Positions 47,256 through 55,929 of a DNA stretch of 64,000 nucleotides are shown piece by piece. The notes under the pieces are model-generated. The model searched no databases and had not been told where the DNA came from. It saw only the letters and a program-made list of their open reading frames with translations. A program made the translations under genes and the position numbers. This DNA comes from Candidatus Microgenomates bacterium. GTDB taxonomy: Bacteria; Patescibacteriota; Microgenomatia; UBA8517. Each line of letters opens with the position of its first letter. Within the stretch, counting starts at the first letter, position 1. The stretch lies in the NCBI GenBank assembly GCA_049523135.1, contig JBEKNE010000001.1, positions 287,770-351,769 of the forward strand, written 5' to 3'.

Positions 47256-48933
47256 TTGGAAAAAGTGGCTTTTGATTTTGGTTGGGTCGATCACATGGTC
47301 TTTAACCATGGTCAGAAGTGGCTTAACTTATTCTTTTGGAATAGGCTTTTGGGGAGCAAACGGGCACGATGGAATTTGGCATATTGCACTAATTAAAAGT
47401 TTGGCTAAGGGAAATTTCCAAATGCCAATTTTTTCCGGTTGGGGAATACAAAATTACCATATCGGCTTTGATTTACTTCTTTCATATATAGTCAGGTTTA
47501 CCAAAATCTCCCCATCTTTCCTGTATTTTCAGATAGTTCCTCCACTGCTCGCTCTTTTTATAGGTTTTCTGACGTATAAATTTGTTTATCTTTGGAGAAA
47601 GTCTGAAGGTCAGTCACTTCTCGCAGTATTTTTCGTGTATTTCGGTGGAAGTTTTGGATGGCTTATCTCACTGATCAGCAATCAGGGTTGGGGAGGGGAA
47701 AGCATGTTCTGGTCTCAGCAGTCAATCTCCACCCTTATTAATCCCCCTTTTGCACTTTCTTTAATAATAATTCTTGCCGGATTAATTTATCTGAAAAAAT
47801 ATTTGGAAAAGAAATTGTTGTTAAATTTTTGTCTTACGGTTTTCTTTTTCGGCATATCGATTTTTATTAAAGTTTATGCAGGTCTTTTGGTGTTAATATC
47901 AATTTTGGTTGCTTCTATCTGGCAAGTTATCAAAAAGAAGAATTATTCTTTGCTTGGGATAACTTTAGTATCCGGGATAATATCTCTACTCTTATTTTTG
48001 CCGTTTAATAAATCGTCTGCCAATTTAATTTCCTTTAATCCTTTCTGGTTTTTACAAACAATGCTTATTGCGGCGGATCGGCTGGATTGGCAAAAGCTAT
48101 ATTCGGCAATGACAACTTATGCAAGCGGACATATTTGGATAAAAGCAGTGCTTGCTTATGGCTTGGCATTTATAATTTTTATTCTTGGTAATTTCGGTAC
48201 CAGGATTATCGCTCTAAAATCATTATTCAAAAAACCTAAAAAGTTATTATTGGCAGGCCCTATCGAAATCTTCATTTTTACTCTTATTGCGGCAGGTATA
48301 ACTGTACCCATGCTTTTTACTCAAAAAGGAACAGCATGGAATACGATCCAGTTTTTATATTACTCGCTGATTTTTGCAGGAATAGTGGCAGGGATAGAAA
48401 TAGATAGTTGGGTTAATAATTTATCTTTGTTCAAAAAGAGTTTAATAATAATTGTTTTTGTATTGATTACAATTCCGACCACTATTGCCTCAATGGATAA
48501 TTATTTCCCGGTTAAGCCTCAATCAATGCTTCCAACTAGTGAGGTTGAGGCTTTGAAATTTCTCTCGACCCAACCTGATGGAGTAGTTTTAACTTATCCG
48601 TTTGATGCGGATAAAGCTCTGGCGGCAAAACCCCCAAGACCTTTATATCTCTATACGTCCACAGCTTATGTTTCTGCTTTTTCCGGAAAGACAACCTTTT
48701 TAGAGGATCAGATAAATTTAGATATTATGCAATATCCCTGGCAGGAGAGAAGAGCTTCCGTTGAAGACTTCTTAAATATGGCAAATACTTTTACGGCCCA
48801 ATCTTTTCTCAAGGAAAACGATATATCATATGTTTACTGGATTACGGGTCAGCATGCAAAAATACCTGATGTTAATTTGAGTCTCATGCCTATATTTAAA
48901 AACAGTGATGTAACAATTTTCAAGGTAAAGTAA
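47245..48933 (+). CDS. Uncharacterised polytopic membrane protein, 'NGHDGxWH' family (family B; candidate polymerase/ligase or GT-C)
   Basis: Many TM helices plus a ~150-aa C-terminal soluble domain. Clear paralog of 54065..55903, sharing GANGHDGIWHIAL, FGGSFGW..GGESMFW and the C-terminal VVLTYPFD...AFSGKTTF motifs. Confidence 0.5.
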   Translation: MKLNWKKWLLILVGSITWSLTMVRSGLTYSFGIGFWGANGHDGIWHIALIKSLAKGNFQMPIFSGWGIQNYHIGFDLLLSYIVRFTKISPSFLYFQIVPPLLALFIGFLTYKFVYLWRKSEGQSLLAVFFVYFGGSFGWLISLISNQGWGGESMFWSQQSISTLINPPFALSLIIILAGLIYLKKYLEKKLLLNFCLTVFFFGISIFIKVYAGLLVLISILVASIWQVIKKKNYSLLGITLVSGIISLLLFLPFNKSSANLISFNPFWFLQTMLIAADRLDWQKLYSAMTTYASGHIWIKAVLAYGLAFIIFILGNFGTRIIALKSLFKKPKKLLLAGPIEIFIFTLIAAGITVPMLFTQKGTAWNTIQFLYYSLIFAGIVAGIEIDSWVNNLSLFKKSLIIIVFVLITIPTTIASMDNYFPVKPQSMLPTSEVEALKFLSTQPDGVVLTYPFDADKALAAKPPRPLYLYTSTAYVSAFSGKTTFLEDQINLDIMQYPWQERRASVEDFLNMANTFTAQSFLKENDISYVYWITGQHAKIPDVNLSLMPIFKNSDVTIFKVK

Positions 48934-48935
48934 AG

Positions 48936-50621
48936 ATGTTTAAAAATCTTATTAATAATAAAATATTTTGGGTAATCATTATTACACTCTTAACTATTCC
49001 GACATTTTGGAGCATGTGCAGAGCAGGCTACTTTCCGATGCAGGATGACCTTCAGGCTTTTAGGATTTATGAGATGGATAAATGCTGGCAGGATTTTCAA
49101 ATTCCCTGTCGTTGGGTTCCAGATGCCGGATATGAATATGGTTACCCGCAATTTAACTATTATCCTCCGAGTGTTTACTACGTGGGAGAAGCCATCCATA
49201 AAGTGGGATTTCAATTTATTGATTCAGTAAAAATACTCTTTGCATTAGGTTTTGTTCTGTCTGCACTTGCAATGTTCCTTTTGGTTAGCGATATTCTGGG
49301 GAATTTTCCAGGATTTGTGTCCGCTCTTATCTATACGTACGTTCCCTATAAAGCTGTTGATGTTTATGTAAGAGGTGACATGAGTGAATTTTGGTCAATG
49401 GTATTTTACCCGTTGGTTTTTTGGGCCGTTTATAAAATTATTAGGACAGCAAAGTGGAGGTATATAGCTTTGCTCGCCGTTTCTCTGGGACTGCTTTTTA
49501 TGACGCACCTTCTCATGTCTATGATTTTTTCTTTGTCGGCAGCCGTGTGGACTCTCTATTGGTTAATTAAAGAAAAGAAGTTCAAACGAATTTATAGAGT
49601 TATTGCCGGGGTTGCCTTGGGGTTTGGTTTTGCGGCATTTTATGTTTTACCAGTAATTCTTGAGAGGCAATATGCCCACACGGAGACACTTACTGAAGGC
49701 TATTTCGGTTATCAACAGCATTTTGTGAACCTTTATAAATTGTTTATTTCCAGAGAATGGGGGTATGGGTCTTCTGGCTTTCCTAATGAGAAGTTAAATC
49801 TTTCGACGGGGTTGATTCAGTGGATATTTGGGCTTATTACAATCGGAATTGCAAGTCTTTATATATTACTTAAGAAAAAGAAAGAGCATCTTTACCTTGT
49901 TCTCACTTTGGGTGCACTTGAGCTTTTTACTCTTTTTATGATTCATGTAAAGTCCAGTTTTATTTGGAATGCTATCCCAATTCTTTCCTGGCTGCAATTT
50001 CCGTGGCGGTTTTTGGCTATCAGTATTTTCCTTTTGGCAATTTTAGCCGGAATTGGGGTTTATCTTATACCAAAATTTAAAGTTTGGGTTGGGTTAGCAA
50101 TTATCTTAATAGCTTTCGTGCTTAACGTCGGTTATTTTATACCGAAGGCTTGGGAGAATATTACTGATGCTGACAAGTTCTCAGGAGTTTCGTGGCAAAA
50201 GGAGCTTACAATCAGCATTTTTGATTACTTGCCGATATATGCTAAACTTCCGCCGATAACCGCCGCTCCCGCTACTCCCGAGGTTCTTGAGGGAATGGCG
50301 ACGTTTTCAAATTATACAAAAGGCAGCGATTTCCAAAGGGGAATTATCAATACCGGTAAAAATGGAGCGCTAATAAGGCTTCCGCTTTTTGACTTCCCAG
50401 GGATGGTTGCAAAAATTGACGGAAATGTTGTTGCCCATGTTAACAATAATTGTCAGGGTGAGGAATTTTGCTTGGGGCTTATTACTTTTGAAGTACCTAG
50501 TGGAGAACATAAAATTGAAGTAGAATTAACAGATACGCTGGTGCGGAGGGTTGGCAATTATTTATCAATTGTTTCGTTAGTTGCCGTTGGCGGACTTTAT
50601 ATTTTTAAAAGAAAGAAATGA
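48936..50621 (+). CDS. YfhO-related short-form GT-C membrane protein (family C)
   Basis: First-loop FPMQDDLQAFRIYEMD. The C-terminal module FDFPGMVAKIDGNVV...EVPSGEHKIEVEL plus a terminal TM matches the C-terminus of the YfhO-like gene at 39382... Confidence 0.55.
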   Translation: MFKNLINNKIFWVIIITLLTIPTFWSMCRAGYFPMQDDLQAFRIYEMDKCWQDFQIPCRWVPDAGYEYGYPQFNYYPPSVYYVGEAIHKVGFQFIDSVKILFALGFVLSALAMFLLVSDILGNFPGFVSALIYTYVPYKAVDVYVRGDMSEFWSMVFYPLVFWAVYKIIRTAKWRYIALLAVSLGLLFMTHLLMSMIFSLSAAVWTLYWLIKEKKFKRIYRVIAGVALGFGFAAFYVLPVILERQYAHTETLTEGYFGYQQHFVNLYKLFISREWGYGSSGFPNEKLNLSTGLIQWIFGLITIGIASLYILLKKKKEHLYLVLTLGALELFTLFMIHVKSSFIWNAIPILSWLQFPWRFLAISIFLLAILAGIGVYLIPKFKVWVGLAIILIAFVLNVGYFIPKAWENITDADKFSGVSWQKELTISIFDYLPIYAKLPPITAAPATPEVLEGMATFSNYTKGSDFQRGIINTGKNGALIRLPLFDFPGMVAKIDGNVVAHVNNNCQGEEFCLGLITFEVPSGEHKIEVELTDTLVRRVGNYLSIVSLVAVGGLYIFKRKK

Positions 50622-52312
50622 AGAACTTTTCAAAAATTATAAAAGCTTTAAGTAAATTTTGGTGGGTTTTGATTTTGCTGTGTTTAATTCCTTCTTTCAA
50701 CAGGTTAATTCACAAAGGCTTTTTCCCGACTCAGGATTATATATATGTTGCCCGGATTTATGAGATGGATAAATCTCTCAAAGATGGGCAATTTCCGGTA
50801 AGGTGGGTTCCGGATTTTCGCTACGGTGAACCGCTTTTTAATTATTATGCGCCACTTCCTTATTATTTGGGATCTGTAATTCACACTTTCAATTTCAGTT
50901 TTCTTGATACCTCCAAGATTCTCTATGCACTGGGATTGATTCTTTCGTTTGGTACAATGTACATTCTTGGAAAAGAACTTTGGGGAAAGGCGGGGGGATT
51001 GATATCCGGCTTTGTTTATCTTTATGCTCCCTACCGGGCGGTGGATATTTTTGTTAGGGGAGATATTTCGGAGAGCTGGGTATTTGTATTTTTCCCGCTT
51101 TGTTTTTGGGCGGCTTTGAGATTGTCAAAAAAGGTTAACGGCAAAAATATTTTTCTTCTCGCAATATCTTTAGCCGGACTTTTCTTTACGCATAATGTGA
51201 TGACCATGCTTTTTGCTCCGTTTTTTGCGCTTTGGATACTTTATTTAGTTTGGGATAGAAAGAAATTTAGTCTGATTTATCCTCTGGTATTTTCTTCAGT
51301 TTTGGCCGCAGGTGTCGCAGCAAGCTTTCTTCTACCGGCATTTTTTGAAAGATCGTATATTCAGACGCAGCACTTGACGGGAGGATATTTTGATTTCAGA
51401 GGACATTTTGTGGAACTTAAGCAATTCTTTTCAACTTTCTGGGGATATGGCGCCTCGGTTTGGGGTCCGGAAGACGGCATGTCTTTCCAGGTTGGGGTAG
51501 TCCAATGGGTGACGATTGGGTTGACTCTTGTTTTTGCATTTATAAAAAGAAAGCAGATTATAAAAGATCGGACAATATATCTTCTCGTGGTGGTTTTTGC
51601 ATCATTTCTTTTCTCCCTATTTATGCAACATAACAGATCAACTTTTATTTGGCTTGCGGTACCCATGCTTCAATATGTCCAGTTTCCGTGGAGATTTCTG
51701 GCAATAACAGTTTTCTTTGTTGCGGTTTTTGCCGGAAGTTTGGCGAAATTACTACCCAAGTATAAATATGCAATATTAACTTTGGTGGTGATCTCTTGTA
51801 TTGCTTTTACTTATAACTATTTCAGACCCGAAAGTTATTATGATGATGCAACCGATGCTGGTTATATTTCCCAGCAAACCCTTTCGATTGACGATAAACT
51901 TCCCAAAGATTACTTGCCTATTTGGGTGAAAAAAATAACATCTCCAAAGATAACTCAACCGCAGATAGTCAGCGGCCAAGCGAATGCTTCGGATTATTCC
52001 GCAAGGAGCAACTCCGCAACCTTTAACATAAATGTTGAAAAGAATTCAGTAATTGATGTTCCTTTGACATATTTTCCAGGATGGGTAGCCGAACTAAACG
52101 GGAAGAAAATTTCTTTAATGGATCCGTCGGACCTTGGAATCATCAGATTTTCGGTACCGGAAGGAAATTATAAAATTTCTCTTTATTTGGGTAATACTCC
52201 GCTTAGGGAAGCAGCTAATATTATTTCCGTTATATCTATTCTGGGTTGTCTTGTCTTTGTTTTGTATAAAGGTCCATTATGTGTCTGGAGAAAAGGCGAT
52301 AAAAATAATTAA
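50618..52312 (+). CDS. YfhO-related short-form GT-C membrane protein (family C paralog)
   Basis: FPTQDYIYVARIYEMD, and the C-terminal YFPGWVAELNGKKISL...SVPEGNYKISLYL module plus terminal TM. Tandem paralog of 48936... Confidence 0.55.
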   Translation: MKNFSKIIKALSKFWWVLILLCLIPSFNRLIHKGFFPTQDYIYVARIYEMDKSLKDGQFPVRWVPDFRYGEPLFNYYAPLPYYLGSVIHTFNFSFLDTSKILYALGLILSFGTMYILGKELWGKAGGLISGFVYLYAPYRAVDIFVRGDISESWVFVFFPLCFWAALRLSKKVNGKNIFLLAISLAGLFFTHNVMTMLFAPFFALWILYLVWDRKKFSLIYPLVFSSVLAAGVAASFLLPAFFERSYIQTQHLTGGYFDFRGHFVELKQFFSTFWGYGASVWGPEDGMSFQVGVVQWVTIGLTLVFAFIKRKQIIKDRTIYLLVVVFASFLFSLFMQHNRSTFIWLAVPMLQYVQFPWRFLAITVFFVAVFAGSLAKLLPKYKYAILTLVVISCIAFTYNYFRPESYYDDATDAGYISQQTLSIDDKLPKDYLPIWVKKITSPKITQPQIVSGQANASDYSARSNSATFNINVEKNSVIDVPLTYFPGWVAELNGKKISLMDPSDLGIIRFSVPEGNYKISLYLGNTPLREAANIISVISILGCLVFVLYKGPLCVWRKGDKNN

Positions 52313-52315
52313 TCT

Positions 52316-53515
52316 GTGAAAAAATTATTAATTTTGGCAATTGTATTGCGAGTTTTGGTGGCAGCATTTTTTTTCCATCCGGATATTAAAACTTTTAACT
52401 ACCAAGCTTCATTTTTAAAACAAGGGGTTTTTAATATCTATTCTTATTTAGTTGACAATAAAGCGCGTTTGCCTCTGAAGGATAATTTCGTTTATTTTCC
52501 TCTAACATATTTTACCCTTGGTGGATATCAAGCCGCCATCTCGCCAATATTGGGTAGGGGATTTGATAGTTGGTTAGGAAATCCTGACTCCGCCACTATG
52601 GTTACCAATCCGAATATCTTCGGATATATGTTGGCCTTAAAATTGCCATATTTGGTTTTGGATATTCTGGTGGCATACATGCTTTTGAAGTTTATTGAGG
52701 ATAGGAAGAAGGCTCAAAAAGCATTTCTAATTTGGCTCTTTAATCCCATCACAATAATACTTATTTATGTTTATGGGAATATTGATATTTTTCCGGTTGT
52801 TCTTACTGTTTTTTCCCTCCTGCTTATTAAAAAAGACAAGCTGAAGTCTGCGGTAGCCATCTTGGGACTGGCTGCGGGTTTTAAGCTTTATCCTCTGCTT
52901 TTGGTGCCTTTTTTGGCTCTTGCCGGCAAAAATACTAAGGAAAAAATTTGGTTGGTGGCAATTCCCTTTTTAATATTCGGGGCAATATGTGTTCCATTTT
53001 TGTCTGGAGCTTTTGTTCAATCGGCGTTAATCTCCGGTCTTACAACAGGAACCTTTAGCCCGAGTTTTAGCGTTGGATTCGGCGAATCAATAATTGTGGG
53101 TTTGGTCGGAATGACGGTTCTTTTTTTCTATGAAATGCTGATAAATAAAAAACCCAACGTTTTAATTTATTGGATAGCGCTTTTGATGATCATCTTTTCT
53201 TTTTCCCATTTCCATATTCAGTGGCTTTTGTGGGTTGCACCGTTTATAACAATAATTTTGGCGGAGGATAGCGACCTTACCTTGTTAATTTCTTCAGTTT
53301 CAGTAATGGCAGTTGCGATCCCTCTTTTGTACGAAGATCGTTTTATGACGATGGGGCTTTTGCGTACCTTTAGTCTTTATTACGATATGTTGCCAACACC
53401 GTTTGTGGTTATACAAAGAGTGTTTGACCCTTATAATTTGCAGAGCATTTTACATTCTATGATGGCAGGTGGCACACTGGTTATGATATATAGACTATTT
53501 AAAGTAAAATCATGA
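52316..53515 (+). CDS. GT-C membrane glycosyltransferase, GT87/DUF2029-like
   Basis: GTG start; about 10 TM helices; AAGFKLYPLLLVP motif. Related to 30085..31275. Confidence 0.55.
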   Translation: MKKLLILAIVLRVLVAAFFFHPDIKTFNYQASFLKQGVFNIYSYLVDNKARLPLKDNFVYFPLTYFTLGGYQAAISPILGRGFDSWLGNPDSATMVTNPNIFGYMLALKLPYLVLDILVAYMLLKFIEDRKKAQKAFLIWLFNPITIILIYVYGNIDIFPVVLTVFSLLLIKKDKLKSAVAILGLAAGFKLYPLLLVPFLALAGKNTKEKIWLVAIPFLIFGAICVPFLSGAFVQSALISGLTTGTFSPSFSVGFGESIIVGLVGMTVLFFYEMLINKKPNVLIYWIALLMIIFSFSHFHIQWLLWVAPFITIILAEDSDLTLLISSVSVMAVAIPLLYEDRFMTMGLLRTFSLYYDMLPTPFVVIQRVFDPYNLQSILHSMMAGGTLVMIYRLFKVKS

Positions 53516-54108
53516 AAAAGCTTATTTGGTTTACCAGTATTTTTATTTTAGTTTTAATATTTATAGTCCCCGCAATTATGGTGTTAGGAATTAAGATAAT
53601 TCCTTCTGATGTTCAACCACCCCTTCAATATACACAAGATGTTTATCAGGATCTCTACATATCTCAGGAATTTACCAGTCTTTTACCAAATCTTACAGAT
53701 ATTGGTATGTCCATCAAAAACCCAAATCTTAAAGATCAAAATGATATAACTCTTTCTTTGTACGATCAGAATGGGCAGCTGGTTAGGACTTCAAAACTAA
53801 ATGGACTAAATATTGGCGATGGAGCTTTCGTTAAATTCCAATTTAGTCCTATTATAGATTCCCTGAATCAGAGATATTCGTTTACCATAATGTCTCCGTC
53901 CTCCTATCCTGAAGATTTATTTGAACTTTTTTACACGGATGACAAGCCTTCGTGGATAGGTCAGATGCAATTTAACGGTAAGAATGTGGTCGGAGGGCTT
54001 TCGTTTGTAACTTTTCACCAACCTGTAAGTAAGATTGGTTTGATTAAGAGTATCTATTCCGATTTCATTTCCAGATTTCTACATCTTCATTCTCAAAAAT
54101 CAATTTAA
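53512..54108 (+). CDS. Hypothetical membrane-anchored exported protein inside the GT-C array
   Basis: Start overlaps the upstream stop. N-terminal TM anchor followed by a beta-rich ~170-aa domain. The 3' end overlaps the convergent gene by ~44 nt. Confidence 0.4.
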   Translation: MKKLIWFTSIFILVLIFIVPAIMVLGIKIIPSDVQPPLQYTQDVYQDLYISQEFTSLLPNLTDIGMSIKNPNLKDQNDITLSLYDQNGQLVRTSKLNGLNIGDGAFVKFQFSPIIDSLNQRYSFTIMSPSSYPEDLFELFYTDDKPSWIGQMQFNGKNVVGGLSFVTFHQPVSKIGLIKSIYSDFISRFLHLHSQKSI

Positions 54109-55903
54109 GCCCTATCTTTGACGGGTCAACGACGGGTTTCATTGCTTTGGGGTAGTAAAGAATATTTGCACTGGATTTTTCAAAAGCCGATTTCACTTCA
54201 TTGATATTTTTATCCGAAAATACGGTAGTTTTTATATCCAACCTTGGTTTCCAATTATAGCCCATGATATCCACTTGTTCGTAGTCGTCCATGAAAGTTC
54301 TTCTATCCGAAAATGCGGCGAGGTAAGATGTATCAAACCAATCCCAAATATTTGGAGTATCTCCTCCGAGATTAAGATATGGATTGTATGGAGGAGTTAG
54401 TATTACCGAATTTTGTGGAGTATCTTTCTTTAAGAAATTTATTGCTTGCAGTTCCTGTGCGCTTATCATTGCGTAAGCCGGTCGGGAATAAAATTCATAA
54501 AGTAGGCCAACTTGAGTCGGAATCATTAAGAGAATGATCATAGGTATAAGTAGTTTGTATTTAGAAGTAAGCTTGGAAACTTCTATACCTGCCAGAATTC
54601 CGAAAAAGAGCAAAAAGTATTGTAAAAATTGAATGGTGTTACTAGCTATACCATTCTGCAGGAATAGGAGAGGAAAGATAATCGATAGTGCAATTGCAAC
54701 CTTAATAAATAAGTGTGTTTTCAAATACTGACGTAGCCCCAGGAATCTCATACCCAGGTTACCGAAAAAGAAAATCAAGAAGGCAATACCTTCGTACTCA
54801 ATTACTCTTAAAATAGATTTGATTCCTCCATGGGCTACGTAAAATTCCCTTCTGAGTTCCAAGTCTAGCCAATTAAGCCTAGAAGGTTCTACCACCATTG
54901 TCCGTATATACCACCAAGGTTGGAAAATTAGAAACGAGGTTGAATTGGAGGCGTTTGGAAAATATAGGAATACAGATAAAGCTCCACTTATGATGGTCAG
55001 GAATATAAGTGTTATATCCTTTTTCCTAAAAAACTTCCATAGACTATAAATGCCGAGGGAAATTAGAGCTATAATTCCGGCATAAACTTTAAAACTGACT
55101 AGGGTTCCAAAAAGGATTATACAAATTATAAATAAGATATTTCTTTTCTTTTTATCTTTTTCCCGCTCTAAACTTATCAAAAAATATAAAGCGGTAAAAA
55201 TCAGAAAATCCGATGCTATTTGAGGAGAATTTCCGCTTGCACTTTGTGGCTGGCTGGCCCAGAAAATACTTTCTCCGCCGATGGTTCTATTTTTTAGATA
55301 AGTAACGATAAATCCAAAACTTCCGGCGAAATAGGAAAAAATTGTTGACCAGATAGCAGCTGATTTTTCCCCATCAGCTTTTTTTATCAGAAAGTATGCA
55401 GATACACCAAAGAACAGAGAGTAAATAAAAGGAAATATGCGAAAATATAAATCAATGTTGTTAACCGGTGTATATTTACTTACAACCGCTGGCAATATAT
55501 CACTGAAGAAATGATAGTTGACGAGTTTTTCTCCGGCAAGAACAGGATTTTGGAAAGGCCAGCCTCTTTTTATTTCATTCATAAGGGCAATATGCCAGCT
55601 TCCGTCGTGTCCATTAGAACTCCAAAAAAGTAAGTCTCCTGCTTTATCAAAAGTTCCACTTGGGGAAATCACCGCTAATTGTCCCGCAATACCAACAACA
55701 AAGACCAAAATTGTAATGATGGCGGTTAAATCAAATTTGACCCTAATAGATTTAACTATTTTAATGAATGACTTTGCTGCCAGTATTACCCCGATAATTA
55801 CAATTGGGATAATAAGATATAATCCGTGAATTAATATTAAAAGATAGGAGATAAGTGTTAATGTGGCAAATGCAGCAATTCCACTCATTAGTATTTCTTC
55901 CAT
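54065..55903 (-). CDS. Uncharacterised polytopic membrane protein, 'NGHDGxWH' family (family B paralog)
   Basis: SSNGHDGSWHIAL, FAGSFGF...GGESIFW and a C-terminal VILTPPYN...AFSDRRTF domain, collinear with 47245... Start set at the internal ATG (MEEILMSG...); the longest ORF begins with TTG at 55936. Confidence 0.5.
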   Translation of the reverse strand: MEEILMSGIAAFATLTLISYLLILIHGLYLIIPIVIIGVILAAKSFIKIVKSIRVKFDLTAIITILVFVVGIAGQLAVISPSGTFDKAGDLLFWSSNGHDGSWHIALMNEIKRGWPFQNPVLAGEKLVNYHFFSDILPAVVSKYTPVNNIDLYFRIFPFIYSLFFGVSAYFLIKKADGEKSAAIWSTIFSYFAGSFGFIVTYLKNRTIGGESIFWASQPQSASGNSPQIASDFLIFTALYFLISLEREKDKKKRNILFIICIILFGTLVSFKVYAGIIALISLGIYSLWKFFRKKDITLIFLTIISGALSVFLYFPNASNSTSFLIFQPWWYIRTMVVEPSRLNWLDLELRREFYVAHGGIKSILRVIEYEGIAFLIFFFGNLGMRFLGLRQYLKTHLFIKVAIALSIIFPLLFLQNGIASNTIQFLQYFLLFFGILAGIEVSKLTSKYKLLIPMIILLMIPTQVGLLYEFYSRPAYAMISAQELQAINFLKKDTPQNSVILTPPYNPYLNLGGDTPNIWDWFDTSYLAAFSDRRTFMDDYEQVDIMGYNWKPRLDIKTTVFSDKNINEVKSAFEKSSANILYYPKAMKPVVDPSKIGLKLIFENEDVEIWK

Positions 55904-55929
55904 ATATAAATTATATATAATAGTAGCAT

